Program-made: the position numbers and the translations under genes | The notes under the pieces: model-generated | The model's database searches: none | What the model saw: only the letters and a program-made list of their open reading frames with translations | Told to the model about the DNA's origin: nothing | Shown here: positions 40,752-51,058 of the stretch, piece by piece | Position numbering within the stretch: the first letter of the stretch is position 1 | How the letters are laid out: each line of letters begins with the position of its first letter | From: an uncultured Verrucomicrobiae bacterium | Lineage (GTDB): Bacteria; Verrucomicrobiota; Verrucomicrobiia; Chthoniobacterales; JAFAMB01 | DNA: 64,000 nucleotides | Assembly (NCBI GenBank): GCA_963762565.1 | Contig: CAVXLD010000001.1 | Coordinates: 768,001 to 832,000 of the forward strand | Direction: 5' to 3'

Positions 40752-41378
40752 GTGATTCTCGAACCACAATGGTTAAGATGGGCGCGAGAATTACAGGCGC
40801 TCGCTCAGACCGGTCTTCATTTCACCACATCAGACTACGACCGCGAGCGCTACCAGCGCATATCCGAGATCGCGGCGGAGATCTTTGCCAGGCAGGGAGA
40901 TATTGATGGGTCCAAGATCCGGACCATATTTGAGGCCCAATCCGGGTACGCCACCCCAAAGGTTGACGTGCGAGCGGCCGTTTTTCGAGACGGGAAGATC
41001 CTGCTCGTGCAAGAGAGATCAGACGGCCTGTGGACGTTACCGGGAGGATGGGCTGACGTAAACGATTCCCCATCTGAAGCGGTAGAGAAAGAGGTCTTAC
41101 AAGAGAGTGGCTTCAATGTCCGCACAGAACGTCTGCTAGCCGTTCTCGACCGGGCAAAACATCCGCATGAGCCTCCTTTCCCCTTTCACATTTATAAGCT
41201 TTTCTTCCTATGCGTGATCGAGAGCGGAGAGGCTACGCCTTCCACAGAAACTGCCAGCGTGGACTTTTTTGATCGGGACGCCTTGCCTCCGCTATCGCTG
41301 TCACGGATCACTCCAGAGCAGATCCGATTTTGTTTTGATGCCGAGTTGAATGGCCCTAAGCCGGCGGCGTTTGATTAA
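40752..41378 (+). CDS. NUDIX hydrolase with Nudix_N domain
   Basis: ALAQTGL...YDRERY, GYATPKVDVR, PGGWAD..KEVLQESG. Confidence 0.9.
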   Translation: MILEPQWLRWARELQALAQTGLHFTTSDYDRERYQRISEIAAEIFARQGDIDGSKIRTIFEAQSGYATPKVDVRAAVFRDGKILLVQERSDGLWTLPGGWADVNDSPSEAVEKEVLQESGFNVRTERLLAVLDRAKHPHEPPFPFHIYKLFFLCVIESGEATPSTETASVDFFDRDALPPLSLSRITPEQIRFCFDAELNGPKPAAFD

Positions 41379-41390
41379 AGAGAAAATTGA

Positions 41391-41579
41391 ATGTTCACGG
41401 CGCTTCTCCCCGGGCTAATCATCGTTGCATTTACGATCCTCGCGATTCGCTTTGTGTTGGGCTACTTAGTGCGCCCGGCCGGCTTCAAGCGGCCGCCAAG
41501 GAAGAACTTCGGGATCCGGACCCGCATCGTGCGAGGGTCGGCATACATCGTGAGTCACGTCGCGCATCGTTTGCGGTAG
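41391..41579 (+). CDS. Small single-TM hypothetical protein
   Basis: 62 aa with hydrophobic N-terminus and basic tail; follows the NUDIX gene. Confidence 0.45.
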   Translation: MFTALLPGLIIVAFTILAIRFVLGYLVRPAGFKRPPRKNFGIRTRIVRGSAYIVSHVAHRLR

Positions 41580-41661
41580 GGAAGCGCGTTAGCGCCTCGT
41601 TCCCGCCCTCGCCGTCGTCCTCGTTCTCGAAGCGTTTGCGACCTGATGCGATGCGCGAACG

Positions 41662-41951
41662 CCCAGCGCTTGGAGGGGAGCCGCTTTAGTGGTTATCGGG
41701 AGACCTCGCGCATTCGTCTCAGCGCTTCATCCGGCCAGAGAATGTCGCAACGGGCGGCTCCCGGGAGTAAGCCAGCGCGACGCATTCAGCCACGGCTTTC
41801 GATTCGCTTATACCCGGACCACAGAGCTGCGAATCGATGGGTCGTTCCCGGGAGCCGCCTGTTTTCGCCCGTTGCGGCCAGACTAGTGATGAGACGAAAG
41901 TTTGCAGGGTCGCCAGATACACGCCAAAGCGGCTCCCCTCCAGGCGTTGGG
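41662..41951 (+). repeat. Family A element (long type, opposite orientation to 13250/19844)
   Basis: Four boxes; flanked by a GAGGAC-repeat IR at 41608-41632 / 41965-41989. Confidence 0.93.
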
Positions 41952-42001
41952 AACGTGCCGACCCCTTCGAGAACGAGGACGAGGACGAGTACGCTGCCCA
42001 C

Positions 42002-43318
42002 CTACCCCTGCAACAACAACCTCGTTGGATCCTCAATACAATCTTTGACCCGAACCAGGAAAGTCACGGCTTCCTTGCCATCAACAACTCGGTGGTCGTA
42101 GCTGAGGGCCAGGTACATCATCGGACGGACCTCGATCTTATCACCAATCGCCACCGGGCGGTTTTGGATCTTGTGCATCCCAAGAATACCGCTCTGTGGT
42201 GGATTCAAAATCGGAGTGCTCAAGAGCGATCCATAAATCCCGCCATTCGTAATGGTAAACACGCCGCCAGTGAGCTCATCCAGTTGGAGTTTGCCATCTC
42301 GCGCTTTGGTCGCGAAACCGGCGACCACGCTCTCTAACTCGGCAAAGCTCTTTTTGTCCGCATCGCGAACCACTGGTACTACGAGGCCGCGCTCAGTACC
42401 CACCGCGACCCCAATATCGTAGTAATGATTCTCAACCAGATCATCCCCGTCGATTCGCGCGTTCATCGCGGGAACAACCTGAAGGGCGTCGACCACGGCC
42501 TTAATGAAGAAGGACATGAATCCAAGCTTGGTGCCGTGCCTCTTCTGGAAAACTTCTTGATAACTCGATCGCAGACGCATCACCGCGGTCATGTCGCACT
42601 CGTTGAATGTCGTTAGCATGGCCGCGTTCTGCTGGGCCATGACCAGCTGGGCCGCGATTTTCTTCCGAAGCGGTGACATTTTCCGGCGTACGCTTCGCCC
42701 ATCGCTCGAAACCGGCGCCAGTGGCACCGCTGGCTTACTCTCCACCACTGCAGCACCCTTTTGGGCGGGTTGCGGCTCCTCCCTCGCTGAAGCTTCCTCC
42801 CTCGCCGAGGACTTCGGCGAGCTCAGTCGAGCCGCTTCGGTGGACGAGTCTGCAACCTCTTTTTGCGCCGGCCGCTCTAAATAGTTGATCAAGTCCTCTT
42901 TCGTAACTTGACCGTGTTTTCCGGTTCCGGTCACTTCGGTCAACGAGATTTTCTCATCAGCCGCTAAACGGCGAACGGCCGGACTAAGCGCAGATTCTTC
43001 CTTGGCAGATGCCTCCGCTTTTGGGGAAGCCGTCACGGTTGCACTAGGGCCAGCCTTTGTCGATTCCGGTTTGATGGCGCTGCCGGTAGCATCAATCATT
43101 GCCACGATTTGACCGATCTTTACCTCTTCACCGGCAGCGACCATGATTTGCAATGTCCCGGAAGCTGGAGCTGGCACCTCGGTAGCAATTTTGTCGGTCT
43201 CCAGTGAGAAGATCGGTTCACCGTCCTGAACGGAGTCGCCATTTTGTTTAAGCCATCCAGATAAGACACCGGAGGTAATCGACTCGCCGACGGCTGGAAT
43301 TTTGACTTCGGTACTCAT
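42002..43318 (-). CDS. sucB: 2-oxoglutarate dehydrogenase E2
   Basis: Lipoyl domain [13 protein letters not shown]. Confidence 0.96.
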   Translation of the reverse strand: MSTEVKIPAVGESITSGVLSGWLKQNGDSVQDGEPIFSLETDKIATEVPAPASGTLQIMVAAGEEVKIGQIVAMIDATGSAIKPESTKAGPSATVTASPKAEASAKEESALSPAVRRLAADEKISLTEVTGTGKHGQVTKEDLINYLERPAQKEVADSSTEAARLSSPKSSAREEASAREEPQPAQKGAAVVESKPAVPLAPVSSDGRSVRRKMSPLRKKIAAQLVMAQQNAAMLTTFNECDMTAVMRLRSSYQEVFQKRHGTKLGFMSFFIKAVVDALQVVPAMNARIDGDDLVENHYYDIGVAVGTERGLVVPVVRDADKKSFAELESVVAGFATKARDGKLQLDELTGGVFTITNGGIYGSLLSTPILNPPQSGILGMHKIQNRPVAIGDKIEVRPMMYLALSYDHRVVDGKEAVTFLVRVKDCIEDPTRLLLQG

Positions 43319-43332
43319 GTTCGATCGCTCGG

Positions 43333-46086
43333 CTAAAAGGAAAAAGCTTGCTCCAACAACTCTCTCTGCTGGCGGTCATGCCAAGCCTTGGATCCTACTG
43401 CCGGGCTGGCGGCCCGAGGCCGGCCAGCGTAAAGAAGCGGACGCGGTGTCAATGTGCTAAGCGAAGGTGAAATGTAAGTCCACGCACCCATGTTCCTTGG
43501 CTCTTCCTGGCACCAGACCCATTTCTCCGCCTTTGCCAACGGCGCGATAATCTCTTCTAAACGTTCGGTGTTGAGCGGATAGAGCTGCTCGACCCGAACC
43601 AGGGCGACGTCCTTGATCTTGGTCGTCTCAGCCTGCTTCAACAGGTCATAGTATATCTTGCCAGAACTGAAAATAACGCGGCTCACATTGCCCGGCTTAT
43701 CGAAGAGTGTGGGCCCAAGAATCTGTTGAAAAGAAGAAGCGGTAAAATCCTCCAGGTGCGAGACCGCTCGCTCGTTTCGAAGCAGCGACTTTGGCGTCAT
43801 CAGGATCAGCGGCTTCCGGAAATCTCGCTTCATCTGCCGCCTGAGCACATGGAAATACTGGGCCGGCGTGGTCAAGTTACACACCTCCATATTTTCCTCA
43901 GCGCAGAGCTGAAGGAATCGTTCCAAGCGAGCGCTCGAATGCTCCGGACCTTGTCCTTCATAGCCATGCGGTAATAACAGAACGATGCCGCTCGGCCGCT
44001 GCCATTTGGACTCTGAGCTAGCGATGAACTGGTCGATCACTACTTGAGCGCCATTGGCAAAGTCACCAAATTGCGCTTCCCACAAGCAAAGCATCTTAGG
44101 GAAATCGAGTGAGTAGCCGTAGTCGAAGCCCAGTACGGCAGCTTCTGAAAGCATGCTGTTATAAACGCAAAAACGCGCTTGATCCGGGGTAAGATTTGCT
44201 AACGGGATGTAGCGGTCGCGCGTCTCGACATCGTAAAGTACTGAATGACGCTGGCTGAACGTACCCCGGCGACTGTCCTGACCCGAAAGCCGGACCGGGG
44301 TCCCCTCTACCAACAATGATCCGAAAGCGAGCGCCTCACCATAAGACCAATCGTATGGGCCACCGCTCGCGTGCTGACTGCGGCGCCGGTCAAGCAGCAT
44401 CTTCCGGATCTGGGGCTGGATCCTAAAGCCGTCAGGCACTTTCGTGATGCCGTCCACAATCAGGTCGAAAAGCTCTTTAGAGATCTGAGTGACAGGTTCG
44501 CGATGGGTGTACTCAGGCTGAAAAACTGCGGTCGATTCTTCAAAGCTGCGATGGAGGTCTTTACGCGAGGTGACTTCGGTGGTTTGCACCTCGTTGAGAG
44601 CACGTTCCAGCAAATGCCTAAACTCTTTTTCCAGGTTGTCCGCATCTTCCTCAGTCAGCACTCCGGAAGCGAGCAGCTGGCGTTCAAAAATCTTGGTTAC
44701 GGCAGGATGCACTTGGATGGTTTTGTACAACCGAGGTTGGGTGAAACTCGGTTCATCCGTCTCATTGTGCCCATACCGCCGATAGCAATACATATCGATA
44801 ACGACATCGCGTCCGAACTGCTGTCGAAACTCGAAAGCGGTTTTCGCTACAAATGCCACTGCCAGAGCATCATCGCCATTCACATGGAAGATGGGCGCTT
44901 CAATCATCTTGGCCACGTCGGTGCAATAAGCACTCGAACGGGCGTCTGCCGGCAAGGTCGTAAAACCAATTTGGTTGTTGACGATGATGTGAACGGTGCC
45001 GCCGGTTTCGTAGCCGGGAAGTTGAGATAAATTCAACACCTCCGCCACCACACCTTGGCCCGCGAACGCGGCGTCTCCGTGAATCAAAAGCGGAAGCACT
45101 TTTGTGCGGTGCTCGGTGTCGCCTACGATCCGCTGGCGCGCCCTGGCTTTCCCTTCCACCACCGGGTTTACAATTTCCAAATGACTCGGATTGCCAGCCA
45201 AATGGATACCAACCTCGGCCCGGCCCTCGAAGACCCGGACGCTCTCGTAGCCAAGGTGATATTTGACGTCTCCATCACCAGCGACCAAGTCAGGAATATA
45301 GTTTTCCGAAAATTCTTTGAAAATTGTTGGATACGATTTCTTCAAAAAGTTCGCCAGGACAGTCAGACGCCCACGATGCGCCATTCCCATGACGATATCG
45401 GAGACGTTGACAGCAACGCACCCGCTCAAGATGGTCTCCAGAATCACCATCAAACTTTCGCTGCCCTGCAACGAAAAACGTTTTTGCCCGATGAACTTCG
45501 TATGAACGAACTGTTCAAAGGTCTCGGCTTCCATCAGCCAACGAAGAAGCTGTTTCTGTTGGTCCGCGTCCGGTCGGAACATCTCAAGACGAGTTTCAAT
45601 TCTCTCCCGCACCCACTCCCTTACTTGTTCATTCTGAATGTGCATGAACTCGACCCCGACGGTGCCCGAGTAGATTGCGTTAAGGGCGCTGAATAACTCA
45701 CTCAGTTCGAGCGATTTACCATTCTGAAAGTAACGAGAGGCTACCGGCGTCGAACCCGGCACGCCGGCCAAGCCCAGCCCTTCGAGAGTTAAAGCCGGTT
45801 GAGGCGGGGCCGGCGCAGTCAGCGGATCCAACTTCGCCTGCGTATGGCCCAAAATCCGGTAATTAGTGACCAGCGCGTCAACTCGGTTCTGCAAATCAGC
45901 GTCAACCGGCGGAGCGTAAGGAGCGGTTACCGTTTTATGCCCGTTACGAGTCGATGAATTCCCGAGTTCAAATCCTTCGAAGAAAGCTGACCACGTCGCG
46001 TCGACCGATGCCGGATCTTTTTTCCAACGTTGATGATATTCGTCCAACAGATCGGCGTTCCAATCGTTCAAATACGATGTTCTCAT
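43333..46086 (-). CDS. sucA: 2-oxoglutarate dehydrogenase E1
   Basis: [41 protein letters not shown]. Confidence 0.97.
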   Translation of the reverse strand: MRTSYLNDWNADLLDEYHQRWKKDPASVDATWSAFFEGFELGNSSTRNGHKTVTAPYAPPVDADLQNRVDALVTNYRILGHTQAKLDPLTAPAPPQPALTLEGLGLAGVPGSTPVASRYFQNGKSLELSELFSALNAIYSGTVGVEFMHIQNEQVREWVRERIETRLEMFRPDADQQKQLLRWLMEAETFEQFVHTKFIGQKRFSLQGSESLMVILETILSGCVAVNVSDIVMGMAHRGRLTVLANFLKKSYPTIFKEFSENYIPDLVAGDGDVKYHLGYESVRVFEGRAEVGIHLAGNPSHLEIVNPVVEGKARARQRIVGDTEHRTKVLPLLIHGDAAFAGQGVVAEVLNLSQLPGYETGGTVHIIVNNQIGFTTLPADARSSAYCTDVAKMIEAPIFHVNGDDALAVAFVAKTAFEFRQQFGRDVVIDMYCYRRYGHNETDEPSFTQPRLYKTIQVHPAVTKIFERQLLASGVLTEEDADNLEKEFRHLLERALNEVQTTEVTSRKDLHRSFEESTAVFQPEYTHREPVTQISKELFDLIVDGITKVPDGFRIQPQIRKMLLDRRRSQHASGGPYDWSYGEALAFGSLLVEGTPVRLSGQDSRRGTFSQRHSVLYDVETRDRYIPLANLTPDQARFCVYNSMLSEAAVLGFDYGYSLDFPKMLCLWEAQFGDFANGAQVVIDQFIASSESKWQRPSGIVLLLPHGYEGQGPEHSSARLERFLQLCAEENMEVCNLTTPAQYFHVLRRQMKRDFRKPLILMTPKSLLRNERAVSHLEDFTASSFQQILGPTLFDKPGNVSRVIFSSGKIYYDLLKQAETTKIKDVALVRVEQLYPLNTERLEEIIAPLAKAEKWVWCQEEPRNMGAWTYISPSLSTLTPRPLLYAGRPRAASPAVGSKAWHDRQQRELLEQAFSF

Positions 46087-46349
46087 ATTTTTGCTCGGAG
46101 AGCAGAGGACCAGAAATCTAAACGAATAAGCAGACTCCCCAAACGAATTTTGATTAAAAAATTGGAGAGCCCAAGCGTTATTGCAAACCGCAAGTAACAA
46201 CGCCATCAGCGCCCCCGCCCCGCGCAACGGCTCAGCGGGTTTTATCGGCGAGTCCCACGCAACGTCAAGAAACGCGCGGCCCTTTGCGAACTCTGTATAT
46301 TGTTCCGGAGCCTCGCCTTACCAATCACTAATCACTAATCACCAATCAC

Positions 46350-47102
46350 ATGAAAGCCTCCCCCAGCGACTATCAACTCGACTTCAAGCGTCGTCGTGCG
46401 CTCGTAACGGGCGCCGGCAAGGGTATCGGCCGTGAAATTGCTGTCCAACTCCACCGGTTCAATGCCCAGGTTGTCGCGGTCGCACGCACCGATTCGGATC
46501 TGAAAGCACTAAAGGATGAAATCGGCTGCGAGACGATTATTGCCGAGCTTGGTGATCCGGCTGAAGCGAAGCGGGCGGCCGAGCAAGCCGGCGATATCGA
46601 TCTCTTAGTCAACAATGCGGCAATTGCCATCTTACAACCTTTCCTAAAAACAACCGTAGAGGCCTGGGACACGACCATGGCGGTCAATCTGCGGGCGATT
46701 GTGATTATTTCCCAGATTGTCGCGACCCGGATGATCGCGCGGGACGTCCGCGGTTCGATTATCAACGTCTCCAGTATGGCCCGCTTCCAAGCCTTGCACG
46801 ATCATGCCGCCTATTGCGCTTCGAAGGCCGGTTTGGATCAACTCACGGCGGTGATGGCGATTGAGTTGGGCGAATATGGTATTCGGGTCAACTCGGTTAA
46901 CCCGACGGTCGTTTTGACTGAGATGGGTAAACGGGCATGGAGCGACCCGGCAAAAGGCGGCCCGATGCTAGCCCGTATCCCGTTAGGCAGATTTGCCGAA
47001 TGCGAAGATATCGCAACCGTGGTCTGTTTTCTTCTCAGCGATGCCGCCGGGATGCTGAATGGTCTAGCCCTGCCCATCGACGGTGGCTTTCATACGACGT
47101 AG
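46350..47102 (+). CDS. Short-chain dehydrogenase, L-xylulose/dicarbonyl reductase (DCXR)-like
   Basis: TGAGKGIG, NNAA, YCASK, VNPTVVLTEMG..AWSDP. Confidence 0.88.
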   Translation: MKASPSDYQLDFKRRRALVTGAGKGIGREIAVQLHRFNAQVVAVARTDSDLKALKDEIGCETIIAELGDPAEAKRAAEQAGDIDLLVNNAAIAILQPFLKTTVEAWDTTMAVNLRAIVIISQIVATRMIARDVRGSIINVSSMARFQALHDHAAYCASKAGLDQLTAVMAIELGEYGIRVNSVNPTVVLTEMGKRAWSDPAKGGPMLARIPLGRFAECEDIATVVCFLLSDAAGMLNGLALPIDGGFHTT

Positions 47103-47160
47103 GGTCTGGCAGTTGGCGGTTCGCAGTTCGCGGTTCGCGGTTGGCGGTTCATCGGTTGGC

Positions 47161-47415
47161 GGTTGCTGACCCAGCGCCTGGAGGGGAGCCGCTCTGTAGG
47201 ATGGCATCTGTATTGGTTGGCAGCAGGCGGCTCCCGGGAATTAACCAACGCGTCAACTTCAGCCCAACGTGCCCACGAATCGCTTGCGTCCACCCCTGAA
47301 AACAAATGCGAGGAAACGTGGCGAATCAGGGGCGGTTCCCGGGAGCCGCTTGCTAGATACGGCTAGAGCTGCAACGCGACAAAGCGGCTCCCCTCCAGGC
47401 GCTGGGTCGGCAACC
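47161..47415 (+). repeat. Family A element (short type) nested in heptamer arrays (GCGGTTS / CAACCG)
   Basis: Four boxes; extended arm GGTTGCTGACCCAGCGCCTGG / CCAGGCGCTGGGTCGGCAACC; heptamers at ~47108-47165 and ~47410-47437. Confidence 0.93.
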
Positions 47416-47443
47416 GTCAACGGCAAACTGCGAACCGGCGCGC

Positions 47444-48991
47444 CTATTCCCCCGCCGCTCCCATTCGCGTCTCGTTCACAAACTGCTCCATCGAATTGTC
47501 GATTTGGCGAGCGGTGCGTCCGTGAGCGGCATGGATGTACATACTCTTTCGGTCAAAATTTTCCGAACGAGCAGGAGGCAGCGAAATCTCATATTTCACC
47601 GGCTGATTGTGGTCCGCGATCTGGAGCTCGGGGTTGTACACGCTGTTAAATTTCCACAGCATGTTGACGAAGTTTGTCTGGCCGCGCAGCAATCGAGCCG
47701 CGGCCATCCCTGCCGCTTCTCGCAACGCCGAAAGCCCGAGATGTTTGATGCTTAGCACTCGCTGAGTTTCCACTAGCTCCCGGTAAAACTCGGGCAAGGG
47801 CAGGTGCGTAGGCATTACTGCGTGTTGGATATCAAATAAGCGATAGTCCCGAGTATTGATATTCCGCGATTCTGTCCGCCAGCTCTCGGTTCCGGGGTAA
47901 GGAGTGTTGACGCTGATGTTTACGATCTCTGGGATTTCCATACACCAATCCCGGATCACTTTGAAGCGCTCCCGATCCCAAGACGGATCCGCAATGATAT
48001 TGATCGCAACAGAAATCCCAAGTGAGCGGGCAAAGTCCAACGCCTCAAAATTCTTGGAAAGACTGACGCGCTTGCGGAATTGTTTAAGCCCCTCTTCATC
48101 AATCGCTTCGATCCCAAGAAACATGTATTCCAGGCCGATTTTGCGCCAAAACTGGAATACTTCTTTGTTGCGAAGCAGGATGTCGCCGCGGGTCTCCAAA
48201 TAGTACTGTTTGCGAATCCCTTTGCTGGCGATCATTTCGCCGATTCGCATGCCATGCTCTGCTTGGATGAAAGCGACGTCGTCCAGAAGAAAAACGCCGG
48301 GTTCCCGAATCGTGGCAAGCTCTTCAATCACTCTCTCAGGTGATTTTGTCCGGTAGCTGCGACCGTAAAAAGTCCACGCACTACAGAAGACGCAATCCCA
48401 CGGGCACCCGCGACTGAATTCTATCGAGGCGCAGGGATCGAGCACTCCGATGAAATAGCGGCGGCGATGCCGCAACAAATCTCGGGCTGGAAGCAGATTG
48501 TCAAGGCTCTCCACGAACCCGGGTCTGGGACCTTCGCCGTCTAGCGTAACAACGCCCGGCACCTTGTTCAGAGAGGCACGGTCACTTTGCGCCGCCTCGA
48601 GTAGAGCGGTCATCACGGGCTCTCCCTCGCCTTTCAAGATGCAATCCAGGGCGCCTCCTCCGTGCTCCAGTAACTCCTGGGCGGTAAAAGACGCGCTGTG
48701 GCCACCCACCACAATCAGGCTCTTCGGAAGCTTTGTCCGAGTGGCCTTGGCCAGATCAAGGATTTCCGGGACATTTGCCAGGTAATTGCATGAATAAGCA
48801 ATCACATCGGGTTGCCATTGATCAACAATGCGGAAGTAGTCTCGATGGGTTTCTGCCTGTAAATCGATGATTCGAACCTCGTGTCCCGCTTCCTGGCAGG
48901 CTGCGGCGACCAGTTCGAGGCCAAGCGGCTCTAGCCGCAGATAGATCTTTGAATACATCAAACAACTCGGATGGACAGCGAGTAGTTTCAT
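47444..48991 (-). CDS. hpnR: Hopanoid C-3 methylase (B12-binding radical SAM)
   Basis: N-terminus LAVHP..LMY.KIYLRLEPLGLELVA recalled as characteristic of HpnR; CPWDCVFC motif. Confidence 0.85.
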   Translation of the reverse strand: MKLLAVHPSCLMYSKIYLRLEPLGLELVAAACQEAGHEVRIIDLQAETHRDYFRIVDQWQPDVIAYSCNYLANVPEILDLAKATRTKLPKSLIVVGGHSASFTAQELLEHGGGALDCILKGEGEPVMTALLEAAQSDRASLNKVPGVVTLDGEGPRPGFVESLDNLLPARDLLRHRRRYFIGVLDPCASIEFSRGCPWDCVFCSAWTFYGRSYRTKSPERVIEELATIREPGVFLLDDVAFIQAEHGMRIGEMIASKGIRKQYYLETRGDILLRNKEVFQFWRKIGLEYMFLGIEAIDEEGLKQFRKRVSLSKNFEALDFARSLGISVAINIIADPSWDRERFKVIRDWCMEIPEIVNISVNTPYPGTESWRTESRNINTRDYRLFDIQHAVMPTHLPLPEFYRELVETQRVLSIKHLGLSALREAAGMAAARLLRGQTNFVNMLWKFNSVYNPELQIADHNQPVKYEISLPPARSENFDRKSMYIHAAHGRTARQIDNSMEQFVNETRMGAAGE

Positions 48992-49161
48992 AATTCCTGA
49001 GGAGATCCCTTTCTTTAAATCAACGTATTGTGCCGCGAAAAGGTTTCAATTTTGCGCTGGAAGCATTTATCAAGCCGGTTATGGCGACAGGTAGCCTCTT
49101 ATCATTAATACTTGGCTCGAGCGGCACTCCCCTTTATTCTCCGGTCTCATTCGTTTCCCGG

Positions 49162-49235
49162 CAGCCCGGATTTCTCATAGAAGCGCCAATTCAAGAACTT
49201 TGCAACCGCTCGGCTTCTGTGAGAGATCCGGGCTG
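49162..49235. repeat. Family E hairpin repeat
   Basis: CAGCCCGGATTTCTCATAGAAGC...GCTTCTGTGAGAGATCCGGGCTG; homologous to 62625-62695. Confidence 0.8.
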
Positions 49236-49331
49236 TGGCCAAGCTAATGCTCGTGCAAACACTCAGCAACATCAGGCTTTTTGTGGGAACACGCACAACC
49301 CGGATCTTCGGGCACTCATCTCTTACTGTCG

Positions 49332-50264
49332 ATGATCAAAGTTGAACATCTGACGAAGGAGTATGCAGGGATCGTGGCGATAAAGGAGATCAGCTTCGAG
49401 GTTGCTCGCGGTGAAATCGTTGGATTCCTAGGCCCGAACGGAGCTGGTAAGAGCACGACGATGAGAATCCTTGCGAGCTACCTTCCTCCGACTGCAGGAC
49501 GGGCCGTGGTGGCCGGCTTTGACGTATTTAAAGATTCGCTGAAGGCTCGACGCCGTCTCGGGTATTTGGCAGAAAACGTTCCCCTCTATCACGATATGCG
49601 GGTCGACGAGTATTTACGATACCGGGGGACTCTCAAAGGTCTGTCCGGCCGGAAACTGATTGGTAGAGTAGGCACCACAAAAGAACTCTGTGGGCTAAGA
49701 GAGGTCGGCCGCAAAAAGATCGCCGGGTTGTCGAAGGGTTTTCGGCAACGAGTAGGACTGGCGGAGGCGATGATCCACGAACCGGAACTGCTCATTTTAG
49801 ATGAACCGACCATCGGATTGGATCCAAATCAGATCCGCCAGGTACGTGAATTAATAAAATCGTTGGGAGAACGTCACACCATCCTGCTTTCCACCCACAT
49901 TTTGTCCGAAGTGGAGGCAACGTGTAACCGGGTACTGATCATCAATCGGGGGAAAATAGAAGCTTCCGATACCCCGCAGAATCTCGTAAATCAGCTGCGC
50001 ACCGCGGGTTTGGTGAACCTTGAAATTAAGACCGGAAGCGAGGATCCTACGCAATACTTGCTGAAAATCCCAGGGGTTAAAGATGTTCAGCTTAAAACCG
50101 ACGGTCTCTGGCGAAAGGGCTCGATCCGCATCGAGGCTAACTCAGATCTGCGAGAAGAAATCTTTAGTCTGGCCGTCGAACGAAAGTGGGTTATTCGGGA
50201 ATTGAGCAAAGAACGAGCAACACTGGAGGACGTGTTCGTGGAGCTCACGCACGCAGAGGGTTAA
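49332..50264 (+). CDS. ABC transporter ATP-binding protein (GldA-like)
   Basis: GPNGAGKST, LSKGFRQR, ILDEPT. Confidence 0.93.
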   Translation: MIKVEHLTKEYAGIVAIKEISFEVARGEIVGFLGPNGAGKSTTMRILASYLPPTAGRAVVAGFDVFKDSLKARRRLGYLAENVPLYHDMRVDEYLRYRGTLKGLSGRKLIGRVGTTKELCGLREVGRKKIAGLSKGFRQRVGLAEAMIHEPELLILDEPTIGLDPNQIRQVRELIKSLGERHTILLSTHILSEVEATCNRVLIINRGKIEASDTPQNLVNQLRTAGLVNLEIKTGSEDPTQYLLKIPGVKDVQLKTDGLWRKGSIRIEANSDLREEIFSLAVERKWVIRELSKERATLEDVFVELTHAEG

Positions 50265-50278
50265 GTGTCCCGTCCCGT

Positions 50279-51037
50279 ATGATTAGAAGATTTTTCGCCC
50301 TGCTACTCAGAGAGCTTTCCGCGTTTTACTTTTCGCCGATTGCCTACGTGGTGTTGTTCTTTTTTCTAATCCTCAATGGCTTGGCGTTTTGGTTTTCTGT
50401 TGCGCCGTTGAGCCACGGACCATCCGAGCTCACTGTGGTGCAGATCTTTTTCAACAAACTTACATTCTGGATCGCCTACCTGTTGATCTTCCCGGTCATC
50501 ACGATGCGGTTGTTTTCTGAAGAATTTAAGCTCGGCACCATCGAGACTTTGATGACAGCTCCGGTTCGCGATTGGGAAGTGGTCGGTTCGAAGTTCTTGG
50601 CGGCGCTTGTGTTTTATCTAACCCTTTGGCTACCGAGTTTGCTGTATTTCCTGCTTTTCGGTTGGCTGATAAACCGGGATGCAGCCGGCACGGGCGCCCA
50701 ACTCTGGGCCCCGTATCTTCTGCTGCTGATAATGGGCATGTTCAACTTGTCGCTCGGTTGTTTGGCGTCGTCGCTCACTTCTAACCAGATCATCGCAGCA
50801 ATGATGGCGTCGGTTCTGGTTCTGGGGATTTTCTTTCTGACGATGATCGGGTATGCGCTAAGCGGTAGCTCATCGATATTGCGAGAAATAACCTCGTACG
50901 TTTCGCAGCTCGACCACATGGACACTTTTTCCCGCGGCGTAATCGACAGCCGGCCCCTGGTCTTTTACCCGACCTGTACCGCTTTCGTGTTACTCATCAC
51001 CTATCACGTTTTCCAATATCGCAGGTGGAAGATTTAG
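50279..51037 (+). CDS. ABC-2 permease (GldF-like)
   Basis: FYFSPIAYVV, TMRLFSEE.K.GTIE.L.T.P; multiple TM segments. Confidence 0.9.
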   Translation: MIRRFFALLLRELSAFYFSPIAYVVLFFFLILNGLAFWFSVAPLSHGPSELTVVQIFFNKLTFWIAYLLIFPVITMRLFSEEFKLGTIETLMTAPVRDWEVVGSKFLAALVFYLTLWLPSLLYFLLFGWLINRDAAGTGAQLWAPYLLLLIMGMFNLSLGCLASSLTSNQIIAAMMASVLVLGIFFLTMIGYALSGSSSILREITSYVSQLDHMDTFSRGVIDSRPLVFYPTCTAFVLLITYHVFQYRRWKI

Positions 51038-51058
51038 TGCCTTAAAGAGCAGACCTTC

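Noticed and set aside
13250..47415. Family A boxes and linkers read as CRISPR mini-arrays
   Set aside because: The boxes alternate in orientation, the linkers are homologous between loci and partly complementary within a copy, and no cas genes are present.
13114..47649. Short ORFs with recurring peptides PGGEPL, RRLPG, PGSRL, QSGSPPG and FEDEDE (e.g. 13449, 19763, 29574, 31085, 41837, 46937)
   Set aside because: They are translations of the palindromic DNA repeats, appearing on both strands and in several frames, with no consistent start or stop.
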